From assembly GCF_902459465.1 (NCBI RefSeq), contig NC_047067.1:11966001-12030000 (forward strand): a DNA stretch of 64,000 nucleotides. Direction: 5' to 3'. Position 1 is the first letter of the stretch; every line of letters begins with the position of its first letter. Positions 24,201 through 36,000 of the stretch are shown here, piece after piece. The DNA is from Asterias rubens. Lineage: Eukaryota. A program made the translations under genes and the position numbers. The notes beneath the pieces are model-generated. The model was not told the DNA's origin, made no database searches, and worked only from the letters and a program-made list of their open reading frames with translations.

Positions 24201-24361
24201 AAGTATGAACCTGGCTTTAGTTTTATCTTTGTTCCACGTAAAATATTTGTTATACATTTTCACAGTTTGCCTTGTGGTGTTTAATTTAATTTTTCCCCCT
24301 GTCTGCTTATCTTTAGGCTTCTGGACAGCAGCCAAGACCAGGTGGCACCGCAGGACGTTAA
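21261..24361 (+). CDS. RPS26: 40S ribosomal protein S26 (eS26), 119 aa
   Basis: Exons 21261-21263 (ATG only), 22405-22582, 22816-22949, 24317-24361. Translation [52 protein letters not shown]...[18 protein letters not shown]...[14 protein letters not shown] follows near 24520. Confidence 0.98.
21878..22009. mobile_element. Merlin-like MITE with 8-bp TSD in RPS26 intron 1 (older copy at ~21583-21715)
   Basis: TIR GG..AAxTTTCC.YATGGCGCCACCACTTTTT; TSD GTTGAGTT at 21870-21877 and 22010-22017. Confidence 0.7.
23465..23697. mobile_element. Palindromic MITE (TIR GGGCCC.ATTTCATAGAGCTGCTAAGCAC); relatives at ~18870 and ~35275-35470
   Basis: Long inverted arms in RPS26 intron 3. Confidence 0.7.
24043..24216. 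mobile_element. PIF/Harbinger-type MITE in RPS26 intron 3 (related sequence at ~42070-42215)
   Basis: Imperfect TIR AGCC(T/A)GGTTC(T/A)TACTT with 3-bp TSD TTA on both sides. Confidence 0.75.
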
Positions 24362-25705
24362 AAATGTCATGAAAACCTATCACTCTTCACAATGGTCGTA
24401 AAACATTGAAGCAGTTGCACCAAGAAAATGGCTGTGCAATCTTCATTGGATCGTCCTTAAACAGTCTAGCTTCGCAGTCATCACAAATATAGAAATACAC
24501 ATCTGGAAAAATTAACCGTTTGAATAAAATAAACACCATCAATGGCAAAATGATAACAGAACATGATGTCCGAGCTGTTTGAATTAATGTCTCATGACTC
24601 ACCAAACGTTTTGGTTAACTTGAAATCAAGGTATTTGCTGATGTTAACAATTAGGAGTAAATGTCTTTAAAACTCTCTCCAAACCCTACAACAGACATGT
24701 TGTAATGGGTCGGTATCTTAAACCCGAGTCAAATTGGTTACCGTGTACCCAAAAGACACATGTCTGTAATAAATAATAATAAGTACCATTTATATAGCGC
24801 CTTTTCCTAAGGTAACAAAGCGCTCGGAGAGTGACGGGGAAAAAAACTGTACAGTCCTACTTGTTTTTATGACACTTGTGTCACTTGTGTTCTTGAGCAA
24901 GATTCTTTACCATGAATTGCTTCTCTTCACCCAGGTGTATTAATGGGAACCTGGTATGGTACAGGTGTTGATATTGAAAAAGCCTTTGGAGCCTATACTC
25001 CCCTTTGGTTGTATACTCACCACGGAGCTGAAAAAAATTACTGGAGTGTTGTTGGCCCAATGACCAGGGCACTAATGTAAAGCGCATTGATGGGGTTATT
25101 GTAAAATGTGCTATATGAGAACTAACTGGTAGCTATTATTATTCTCTAATCTGATACACTAAAGCACCCCCAGTGGTCATTTATGGTGTGATGGTCTGTT
25201 TGCTGGTGCATACTTAAAAGGTTCAAAATTTGGTTCACTTTGAAATCAGCGGCCAGCTAAGAGGGGGGGGGGGGGGGGGGTCCGAGCCAAAGACTTTTAA
25301 TTGCAAGTCCTGCAGTTTTACAACTGCACTGTGGTGATTTTGATCATTGAACCATAATTTTCCCCAGAAGATTTGTTAAAAATGTAATGGTTTGAATTCT
25401 TTATCATTGAAAACTGTAAATGCCACTGGGTTTGCTAAAAGTATACTTATCTGGCGTGCTTTGATAAGTACACAGACGTATGTATTCCTTTTTTCTCCCA
25501 AATCTTGCCACCCCCCCCCCCCACTCTGAAGCAAGCCATTAACCTTGCCAAACACGAAGCGTGGTAATTAATATTAGTAGACCTATACACTGTACATGCA
25601 TGCGTCATTCAGTTGTCGTGGCAACCGAAAGTCAGGCCCGCAAGCAAGTTTTCAAGTTTGCATAAAGTCGTCGTCCCCCCCCTCCCACCCGTCGTCAGGC
25701 TTATG

Positions 25706-26078
25706 TTAAAGGCAGTGGACACTATTGGTAATTGTCAACATATGCATAAAACATATGCATAAAATAACAAACCTGTGAAAATTTGAGCTCAATTGGTCAT
25801 CGAACTTGCGAGATAATAATGAAAGAAAAACACCCGTCACACGAAGTTGTGTGCGTTAAGATGGTTGATTTCGAGACCTCAAGTTCTAAACTTGAGGTCT
25901 TGAAATCAAATTCGTGGAAAATTACTTCTTTCTCAAAAACTATGGCACTTCAGAGAGAGCCGTTTCTCACAATGTTTTATACCATCAACCTCTCCCCATT
26001 ACACAGTACTCGTTACCAAGGAAGGTTTTGTGCTAATAATTATTTTGAGTAATTATCAATAGTGTCCACTGCCTTTAA
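25706..26078. mobile_element. Kolobok-like MITE family A, full length
   Basis: TIRs with TTAA TSDs. Confidence 0.88.
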
Positions 26079-26081
26079 ACT

Positions 26082-26263
26082 CCAGGGGTGGATTTCACAA
26101 AGGTAGTCCTAACTTAGGACGACTAGTCCTAGGCAATGCTAAGAGATAGGACCAGTCCTAAGTTAGGATGAGTTACTGGTCCTAACTTAGGACCAGTCCT
26201 ATCTCTTAGCATTGCCTAGGACTAGTCCTAAGTTAGGACTACGTTTGTGAAATCCACCCCTGG
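26082..26263. mobile_element. Foldback MITE built of AGTCCTAA(C/G)TTAGGACT sub-palindromes (second copy at 46468-46646)
   Basis: Near-perfect 180-bp palindrome CCAGGGGTGGATTTCACAAA...TTTGTGAAATCCACCCCTGG. Confidence 0.88.
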
Positions 26264-26293
26264 TTGGTGCACAACTGCGAGGGATTATTAGCT

Positions 26294-26681
26294 TTAAAGG
26301 CACTGGACACTATTGGTAATTCCTCAAAATAATTGTTAGCATAACAACTTACTTGGTAACGAGCAATGGAGAACTGTTGATAGTATAAAACCTTGTAAGA
26401 AACGGCTCCCTCTGAAGTAACGTGGTTTTCGAGAAAGAAGTATAATTGTCCATTAAAATATTTGAATTCGATTTCGAGGCCTCAGAATTAGATAATGAGG
26501 CCCCGAAATCAACTATCTGAGACTGAAAACACACAACTTGTGCGACAAGGGTGTTTTTTCTTTCATTATTTTCTCGCAACTTGGACGACAAATTGAGTTT
26601 AAATATTCACAGGTTTGTTATTTTGTGCATAATGAAGTGAGAAGATTGGTGACAATTACCAAAGGTGTCCAGTGTTTTTAA
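26294..26681. mobile_element. Kolobok-like MITE family A variant, opposite orientation
   Basis: TIRs with TTAA flanks. Confidence 0.82.
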
Positions 26682-26781
26682 TTATACAATCGCAGTGCGG
26701 TAATCTTCAAATGTTTGAAGCAGCACTTTATAGGAAGAAGAAGAAAGAAGAAGTGTGACAAACATCTTTCTGCTTTCAATA

Positions 26782-27823
26782 TTTAGGTGTTCGGCCAACA
26801 GCCGAACAGCTATTGTTATTGTTATGTTTTTTTCCCGTTTTTTTTCCCCCTCGTGTTCTTCTTTCCCTGCAAACCTTCTCAAACAAAAGTAAAGCTTGTA
26901 CAAACTTAAAACTTACTATGTACATAGGCAATAGTGAGTAGATGAAACTGCCACTTTTTGGGAATGATGACGTCATTGATGACGTCATGGCAAGGTTTTT
27001 AAAGTTGAAAAACGACATTTGCTTTTCGCTGTATCTCAACGAATATGAATGCTATGATGTTCATACTTGGGCATCACATAGATAAAGACTTGGACAAAAT
27101 CGTATGACCTTAACTTCCGGTCGTTACCCCGGGTCAAAGTTCGCCTTCGCATTTTTTCATCAAAAAACAACTTTTGAGCTTTAAAGCAAAAGTAAAGCTT
27201 GTACAAACTTTAAACTTATTTTGTACATAGGCACTAGTGCGTAGATAAAACTGCCACTTTTTTGGGATTGATGACGTCATTGATGACGTCATGACAAGGA
27301 TTTTAATGTTTAAAAATGACCATTTGCTTGTTGCTGTATATCAACGAATATAAAAGCTATGATGTTCATACTTGGGCATCGGATAGATAAAGACTTGGGA
27401 AACATTTAGAAAGTTAACACTAAAATCGTACGACCTTAACTTCCGGGTCGTTACCCTGGGTCAAAGTTCGCCTTCGTGTTTTTTTTCATCAAAAAAACAA
27501 CTTTTGAGCTTATCTACGGCATAACTCAAGATTGAGATCGATTTGAACCTTGAAACTCAACAGATAGTTGAACCTTAGTGTTTTTAGGACAACACATGCA
27601 TTTTTAAAGGGTTTCCATAGATTGCAAATTAAAACCTAAAGCCAATCTGCATTTGTGAAGAAAAAAGGAGTTGTTAAAAGCTGTGATACAAGTTTAACTA
27701 TAAAAATTAACGACACGTTGTTGAAAAAGTCATCTTTATGGTTCAATGTTTTTGAACTACGTCATCACGTAACGTCCAACCGAACACCGTGTTTTTGTAA
27801 TTAACAAAAAGTCTATGTCTAGT
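26782..27823 (+). mobile_element. Non-autonomous Helentron/DINE-1-like element with an internal tandem duplication
   Basis: Subterminal inverted repeats GGTGTTCGG (26786-26794) and CCGAACACC (27780-27788); 5' hairpin GTTCGGC/GCCGAAC; 3' hairpin TTTTTGT/ACAAAAA then CTAG plus a T-run; internal units begin at 26884 and 27187. Confidence 0.65.
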
Positions 27824-28592
27824 TTTCTTTCTGAATCAGATCAACCTATATAAAAACCGTAGACATTCACCACACGACAATTCCTTCGTGAACAAAACTG
27901 TTTATTACATCACTGACACTGTGACTTCACATGAACGAGTAATTCAATGCCATACAAGTATAACGCTGAGTGTATTATTTATTTGAAGTGACATATATGA
28001 AATCAAACAAATATTAATAAAAACTCCCGTTATTTATCAGCTACATTATTAAAAATAATGTAATATTATTGATTTGTTCGGAAACAGACACACACCGGTT
28101 TTCTTTTTTAGTATGATGAAAAGTCGATGTTACATAAATAGGGATGAAATATTATGAACAAACATTATTGTTCAAATAAATACCTCAATAAATATAAGGG
28201 TTATAAAAAAAAATGACCAGGAAAAAGAAACGACTTAAACATCAACAACAACATGAAGCTTGTAATTCTGACAATTGGATAGTGTTCACAAGAAGTACTA
28301 AAAATGGAACTGGTCGAAAATACAGCTTCGTGTTGATGAATCTATAGAGAGATGAGTTGCCCATGAATTTAATGAGTTATACAGTTTCTGAGAAAATATA
28401 GAGTCACCTGTTGCAAACTGCTTACCAACCAAAATGACATAATGGTATAAATGCCAAAATGGCCTGACGTTCGACCCTAGCAGTCTTTCTCGAAGACTAC
28501 ACCCTTAAATAATTATATCCATGGACGAAATTGTTTATTTTTGTTTACCTTTTTCAACCTGTCTCTGTTAGGGCTTAAAATTGTACCTTTAA

Positions 28593-28955
28593 AGCCATTA
28601 TACACTTTCGGTAAACAGTATTGTCCAAGTAACACACTTCGTGTATCACAACTTAAATATAAAATAACAAACCTGTGAAAATTTAGGCTCAATCGGTCAT
28701 CGGAGTCGGGAGAAAATAACGGGAAAACCCACCCTTCTTTCCGCACGTTTCGCCGTGTCATGACATGCGTTTAAAATAAATCCGTAATTCTCGATCGAGA
28801 ATTGATATTGTTTTAATGTTTTCTCAAAAAGGAAAGCATTTCATGGAATAATATTTCAAGAGAAGTCTTTCACCTTTACCTTCTGTAAACCCTGTAAGTT
28901 ATTTGTAAATCTGTGAACTTTTGTTTTTGTTCTGTTCCGAAAGTGTATAATGGCT
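28593..28955. mobile_element. Kolobok-like MITE family E
   Basis: Perfect TIR AGCCATTATACACTTTCGG with TTAA TSDs at 28589-28592 and 28956-28959. Confidence 0.9.
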
Positions 28956-31056
28956 TTAAGATAAGACGCACTTCGGCTGTTGATCATATGCTATTTTGAG
29001 AAAAGATTCCCTTCTTAAGTAAGTGATTTAAGGCAAGGATTATAAAGATCTCAAAAACGTTTCCAGGTGAAATATAATGCCCACAGGTTAGTTTTATTAA
29101 AACGTTATCAAAAGGTTTTAACGGATTTAAACAATCGAATGATTTCAAAAACCAAATTCAAACTTTGCCTTTAAAGGCACGGAAACCTGGTTACTGTTAA
29201 AGTCCAGTATTCTCACTTCATGATGGGTCCCAAGTAAGTTTTATGCTAACAATTATTTTGAGAAATTGCCAATAGTGTCATGTGCCTGTAAGTGTATCAC
29301 ATAAAGACTTGCTTTGCTGAAACTGAACTGCATAATCATCACATAGACATAATTATCTTGAGCTAGTTAAAACAGAAAGAAGGGGAAATTAATATAAATG
29401 TTTTTCTTTGACGGTCTTTCTGAAACCAGTTCATTTAATTTCAGTTCCTTAATATTTGTCCACCTACTACGCAAATTATACAACAAGAATGAGCAAACAT
29501 TCAATCACTTTTTTTAGGTAAGATATTGTATCAGTAAAATTAAATAACTAACAATTACATGTATGTGGGTGGAGCCCTTCAAATGGCATTGCTTTTCTGG
29601 TAACACCCCAGAAAGTACACAAACATTTTAAAGAAACTTATTGAAGTATTTGTTAACAGACATGATATCATGGGAATGTCATCGACAAGTGAAACCGAAA
29701 AGTCAGTGAAATCTTCACTCTTAAAACAGTATTTATAGATCGTTGTCGACACATTTCTGAGCATATTATAAGTTGTTCACCATTTTTTCACCTTAAAACC
29801 TAAATCATGTTTAGATTCCTCTGTGTGTTTGAATACTACAAAACATTTGTGCAGGTGTCAAAATGATAAGCACGTTTATCATGTTGGGCAAGTATAGGTA
29901 CAACATAATGTGTTTAAACTCTGAACACAGTTTTTACAGTGCCATATATTATGTATATAGGCCCTATTTACTCTCCAAATCGAAGCACATACTGCTTTCA
30001 TGGATGATTGTTCTGGTCGTTATGAAGCTCCCATGGTTTATACTACACAAATAATGGATGTATTGCGTTCTCGCATAATAATATAATCACGAGATGAAGT
30101 CTTGACTTCCCATTTCGCGAAGTGGGATCTTCTTTTTTTAGATGGAACTTTAAATAGATAAAAAATACTTTTTTTTTTACCCATATACACCGATTATAGG
30201 CACTGTTCAGAGATCTCGCGACCTTTGCAATTCTAGAACAGTGTCTTACCAAACTTTTTTTTAAATTTACAATAAACAAAACAAAGACCCGCCACCCACG
30301 CTCTGAAAATTCTTTTCAAAAACATTCTAAGCAAAGTGGACGACTGTGTACCCTTTCCCACCGTGATACGACTTGTTTTCGTTGATAAAAAACGGGCGGG
30401 AACGATAATCTTGGAGACGACGTTGTGAATCCTCGCTGCGTAGTGTCTGGCAAGCGTCCTATAATTATTTATAAATATTGGACTCATATATTAAATTTTG
30501 GAGCGTCACCGCGTCGCGATTGAAAACATTACACTTAACGCATGCTCCACCAATCAAAATGCCAATGATTAACATGTGAGGTGTTTTTTTACCTCGTGAT
30601 TAATATGTGACAACGCACAATTATATACAAATTGCCATCATTATTTACAAAATATATTTGATCATATTCCATAATTGGCGATATCAATGTGATAGAAACA
30701 TTAATTAAAGAATCATGTTGATTGAATAATCCTACGTTCAATTTGTAAAATTTTATTTATTTATTTATTTTAAATCTTCGGACATAATTCTTTGTTTGAC
30801 AGTAACAGGAGATGCATTCAAAGAGGCATTATGTACAAATCCATTTCGAGATTGACTTCAAAAATCAAGTCAAAATCCTTTGTCGAAATACAAGTCACAC
30901 AAAATCCTTGTTTTGTTTGCACGTTAGACAGCAACTGGGTTCGCTTTAACGCAAATGCTCACCGTATTATATAAAAAACAACCAATTTATATATATGCAG
31001 GCCGTTCTGATAATTTTATATACATATTTATTTTGTATTCACATAATTAAAACAAC

Positions 31057-31613
31057 TAAAGGCAGCAGGCAAAGTATACCTTTGGTAATTACCAACTAAA
31101 ACATTGTGAGAAACGACTCCCTTTTGAGGTAAAGAGAACGAGGTCGTTTTCACCTCCATAATATGAGAAAGGCTTTGGCATTATTGAGAAATTCTCATTA
31201 TTTTCTTGCATTTTCTATAACCAAATGAGCCAAAATTTTCACAGGGTTTGCCAAAAGTGTACCCTGCCTTTAAAGGCACAGGACACTATTGGTGGTCAAT
31301 CAAAATAATTGTAAGCATAACAACTAACTCAGTAACGAGCAATGGAGAGCTGTTGATGGTATAAACCATTGTGAGACATTCTTTCTTCTGCGGTAACGAA
31401 TGTTATGTGAAAGAGGTAAATCTTCACTTAAATATTAAAATACTGCAGGCCTGAAGCCTTTTTTTGGCATCTGAAAGCACACAGATTGTGCAACAAGGGT
31501 GTTTTTTCTTTGCAAACGGATGACCAATTTTCACAGATTTTCATGCATATGTTTGGATGCACCAAGTGAGAATACTGGTCTTGGACAATTACCAAAGGTG
31601 TCCAGTGCCTTAA
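31057..31613. mobile_element. Two family A-related MITEs joined at a shared TTAA (31270-31273)
   Basis: Junction GTACCCTGCCT-TTAA-AGGCACAGGACAC. Confidence 0.8.
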
Positions 31614-31944
31614 AGTTAGCGTCAATATACATGGATAAGATTACAATAGCAGCTACGATGATCTTTGTCACCGCTGACAGTTTTTGTCAAACTGTTTGAA
31701 CACATTTTTCGAAGACTTCTGTTATGGAGAAGCAATCGTGAACCTTCGTCAGTCGAACTCTGTTACGTATTCTTTTTTTTTGTCAGGCAATGTGCTTTTA
31801 AGCCTGACTCGGAAGGACTGGGGTAAGTCTACACATTGGTCCAGATCTATTCTCCAGTAAATCGTGGTGTGGACAGTGATCGTGTTGCGATATTTACGTT
31901 AAAAACAATTAACGCCTCAAATGAAGACCATGTGCTTATCAACC

Positions 31945-33021
31945 TTAGGTCCATGCCTGCTGGGTGTGAGAATGTCCCGTTGTCTCTTTCTGGAATTCAC
32001 TCTCGAACATAATCGCCGGGTTCGTGCTCGGGTGTAGTTGTCTTTCGAGCCGCACGAGAGCGCTTCGGAAACCCGCCGATATGGTAACTTCCGGACGCCT
32101 CTTCTTCACGAGACTATACGCCTGTTTCAATGTCATGTTGTTGTACTGCATTAGATACTGAGTGACGATGGTTGGCGAGAGGGAACGTCCCTTGAAACAA
32201 TACACAAGACACTTTCTGTCCATCTTGCGAGCGCCCTCTATGAACGCGTTGATCTCATCGAAGTAGTGGATGATCTCCTCGTTGATGGTTTCGTCGACGA
32301 GGAGATTAAGTCGGATGCGAGTGTGTTTCATCTGAGATGGGCAGACGCAGGGACAATCTTTAAGACGGATAGACTTGGAGATTTGATCTGGAGACAAGTT
32401 GCTTAGGTCAACAACACACTCGATGCTGAGTCGGCAGAGTAGAGGCTCCCTGAAGGCGGCTTCAGCGTCTCCTACAAATAAGAAGCTGAGTATCTCAGAG
32501 ATGTTCTTATCTCTGTAAGGTGTGGAGGTCTGGAGGAGCTCATCGATCTTTATCTCCGGGATGACCTTACAGATATCTAGTTCCTCATCGCAGGATAAGT
32601 TATCCATCTCGGAGGAGGAGCGGCAAGACGACACAGAAGATGTCTTGCGGGAGAGTTCCGTCCTTCCTTGGCACGGGGAGGTCTTCGTGCTCGTGGCCAT
32701 CTGATGCCGGGAAAACCCGTCTGTGCGGGGGCTTCTTCGCCCGTCGCTCAGAGACATTGTCAGGTGGAGTTTTCTGTGGGTTTCGGAGCTGTTGGATTCT
32801 GTCTTTACGAAGAGGAGGTCGGGGCAGGAGGAGGCGTAGCCGCTTGGCGTCTTAGTAGAGGTTGCTTCGTCGATAACAGCTGTCTTGACCGTTGTAAAGG
32901 AGGTCTGTGGGGACATAGAGGACGAGGTGCTCCTCCTGTAGGTTACAGTTGTGCTGCTGTGGGAACGCGTGCGATCAGGTACGCTTATCGAGGAGCGATC
33001 GTTGTGCAACGTTGTCATCAT
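31945..33021 (-). CDS. Atypical dual-specificity phosphatase (DSPc fold), probably a pseudophosphatase; single coding exon, 358 aa
   Basis: ISEILSFLFVGDAEAA, HYFDEINAFIEGAR, CLVYCFKGRSLSPTIVTQYLM, MTLKQAYSLVKKRRP. An acceptor TTTCAG lies immediately before the ATG, so upstream (probably UTR) exons exist. Confidence 0.9.
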   Translation of the reverse strand: MMTTLHNDRSSISVPDRTRSHSSTTVTYRRSTSSSMSPQTSFTTVKTAVIDEATSTKTPSGYASSCPDLLFVKTESNSSETHRKLHLTMSLSDGRRSPRTDGFSRHQMATSTKTSPCQGRTELSRKTSSVSSCRSSSEMDNLSCDEELDICKVIPEIKIDELLQTSTPYRDKNISEILSFLFVGDAEAAFREPLLCRLSIECVVDLSNLSPDQISKSIRLKDCPCVCPSQMKHTRIRLNLLVDETINEEIIHYFDEINAFIEGARKMDRKCLVYCFKGRSLSPTIVTQYLMQYNNMTLKQAYSLVKKRRPEVTISAGFRSALVRLERQLHPSTNPAIMFESEFQKETTGHSHTQQAWT

Positions 33022-36000
33022 TCTGAAATAAAAAGCAACAGTAATATTGTTATAAAGGTAATTTATTTAATAAGGCACTGCTTGTCACTTCTTGTCATAC
33101 ATAATTGAGAGGGCACTCAGGGGAGAGAGAACATTTTGATAAGAACATCCCTTCTAGATAATAGATAATTCCATTAAACATGTAAAGTGCACATAGCGTT
33201 TGCGCACATTGGCAAAGGGGTGTTGGGGGGGGGGCACACATCGCCTTGTTTTGTATGCGGCTAATGGCTGCGTGACGCAGACGCCATTGTCTATGGCGTT
33301 TGCCAACCAATAATGGTATGTACGCATGTGTGAATATACATATTTAATGGGAGGGGTCTCTGGTTTAATTATTTCAAAGGGTGTGTTGTTTGCGGGTACC
33401 CCACAAGGATATCCAGGAAATGCGCCCTCTGCCTTATTAATAAAATGCTGTGAATGGGAGCAGTTCCACCCAAAGTGAAATTATTTATAGTAATTTACGG
33501 AAATAAAGGTACCTTTTAAATGCCGATTAATATTTTGTTTCACAGTGAAGCTGTCACACATTGTGCACAAGGATAAAATACTTGAATACCAAAGGGATGT
33601 AATTTTTGAATATCTGAATGAGGCCATAAATTTAGTCACTGCAAGTAATGTTTATATGTTGGCTAATGACAAACACCGTTCGGCGAAAAAGGAGATTAGC
33701 AAAACGTGTTCACTTTACTGTACAATTTACAAATTGCTGTTTAAAATATGTTAATTGTTTTTAGTGATGATTCGATAGCAGTACATGTTACCTCCTTCGG
33801 ACACCAATTTTCGGTATACTACTTTTGAATTGATGTTATTTCCATTGCCCGAACAAAAAAACTTATTTAACACATGATTTTCTGACAACTGCATAACATG
33901 TGGAGGGGCCGTTGGCCATGTGATTGCCCAATACAAAACCCATGTGATATAATCATACATTGAATGCCTAATAACAGTACTCTAAAAATATATTAGTCTA
34001 AATAACACTATTTAGTCATCATGATTTTGATGTAAGTTAGTCAAAATCATGTCTCATCTTTTTACGACTAATTAGTGTTGTTGTAACATATATGAACAAG
34101 GCACTAGGGAAATCATACAAATGCATGGAGCAAAGGAACACATGCTTTGCGGTACACGTGACAGGTGGTTGCCTGCTCGACACGTGCTTCAACATGCGAT
34201 TATACATAACAACAAGTAAACAACACAATACAACAATATTAGTACCGATAAAATTAATACTAAAAAGTAGCATACATTTATGCACCCAGGCACTTTCCAT
34301 ACAAAAGTATTACAGACGAACTTCAAATAGAGATAAAAAACATGTATAACAAACAATGCACATTGCTGAAACTCCACCCCCCCAACAAAAAAAGCGGGAA
34401 ACCAGTATTACCGTGGAAACGCCTCACCAAAAAGTGATCAAAGGTGCACAGATTTATAACTTTGCATTATTCGTCATTGCCCGCCATTACTGATTCTATC
34501 CGTTCGCCTTCACCCCGGAGAGCGTCCACCAAATATGTATTTTGATTTCTTGACATCTAATCTTCCCATCAATAAGTAACTCTAAATCAACCAACAAACC
34601 ATCATCCAAAACGTACAGGATGTAAACCTCTCCTCCAAATATAGCCAAATCACCCACCTTCGTTAATCATTTACACGTAAAGTCTTATTGCACACCTCCT
34701 CGCTCGATACACAGATTTCTGTGCTTGAGGACTGCACAATCATGGATTCATGATATACATGGGCCACAGCTTTTCTTACACCGTCGTAAGGTCATCATGT
34801 AGCCATAAGCTATCGGGAGCAACGGTGCACAGGCAACGGTTACCATGGCAATAGACATCCTCAGTCTTACCATGCGCATGCGCTGAACTCATGTCACGTT
34901 TGAATAAAAGAGAGTTTATAATAAAGTTAATGGACGTGCCTTGATTCGAGACGGCGGATATATGCCTATATACAAAATGTCAATCGGAGGGACCTATTTG
35001 GTTATTATACAACGTTAATAGAATTTCCCTTAAAAGCACTGGACACGTTTGGTGTTAAATAATTATTGTCAACAGAAAATTCCGTAGCGTTGGTTGGTTT
35101 TTAACTGTGGGGTGGATATGTTCTTTGTGGCAGGACGGCTTTGTGTGCTCGTCTTCTGTTTCTCCTTGCCATTCACTGGCTTGGTATTTTGTCCTTCTTC
35201 TTTGTATATTATAATGTATCGATTTGCATATTTTGATGCTTGTGTAAAGGTTAAACTAAACTAAAACTAAAGACCAGGGCCCGATTTCATTTTATGCAAA
35301 AGAAATCATGGCTGAGTAAAAATAGATTAATGGCCAAAAACTCAATCCAATTGTTATGCTAAGTAAACAACAGGATATGCATAACATTTTTGGCCAGTAA
35401 TATGTGTAAAATAAGCAAGCTATTTTTATGCTAAAGCAAATTTTGTGCTTAAGCAGCTCTATACAGTTGGCCACAATATTCGTACTTGGTGTATCCCAAC
35501 ATATGCATAAAAAAAACCTGTGGACATTTCGACTCAATAATGGTCATCGATTTTTTTTTTTTCAAAGTGAAAGACCGCGCCTTCCCCAGGCAGCATCTTT
35601 TTCTCTGTATTTACAAAATTGCCACTGTCATTAGTGCTTTCAATGGGAAAGTTGTTTCTTCTAAATCGTTTTGGTTTTTTTAAACAGAGGAATCCTTTCA
35701 AAAAAAAAAAAAATAGGAAACAAATTGCTGCTATGCATGTGCAGGGCAAAATTTCATGGCACTGCACCGTATGCAAATAACTTGGCGCTTTGTACGGAAG
35801 CAGTGAATTCAAGCGTATTACTCGGATAAGCAGGGATTTTTGGGGGCTTTATGCGCGTGTGGGTATACTCCACATTACGGCCAGGCTGCAGGGGACTGAG
35901 ACCCAATAAAAACTCTTAGCCATGATTTAAAAACAAAATAGTAATAAAGTATTGTAAACAGATGCAGAGAGAGAATAGAGCATAATTTTTATATGGAGAT

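Noticed and set aside
26082-26263. CRISPR-like regularly spaced palindromes (AGTCCTAAGTTAGGACT)
   Set aside because: There are no unique spacers; the whole unit is one foldback MITE in a eukaryotic genome.
32522-33108. Plus-strand ORFs overlapping the DUSP-like CDS (also antisense ORFs over both GPCRs, MALSU1 and RPS26)
   Set aside because: Shadow frames of GC-richer coding sequence with no independent signals.
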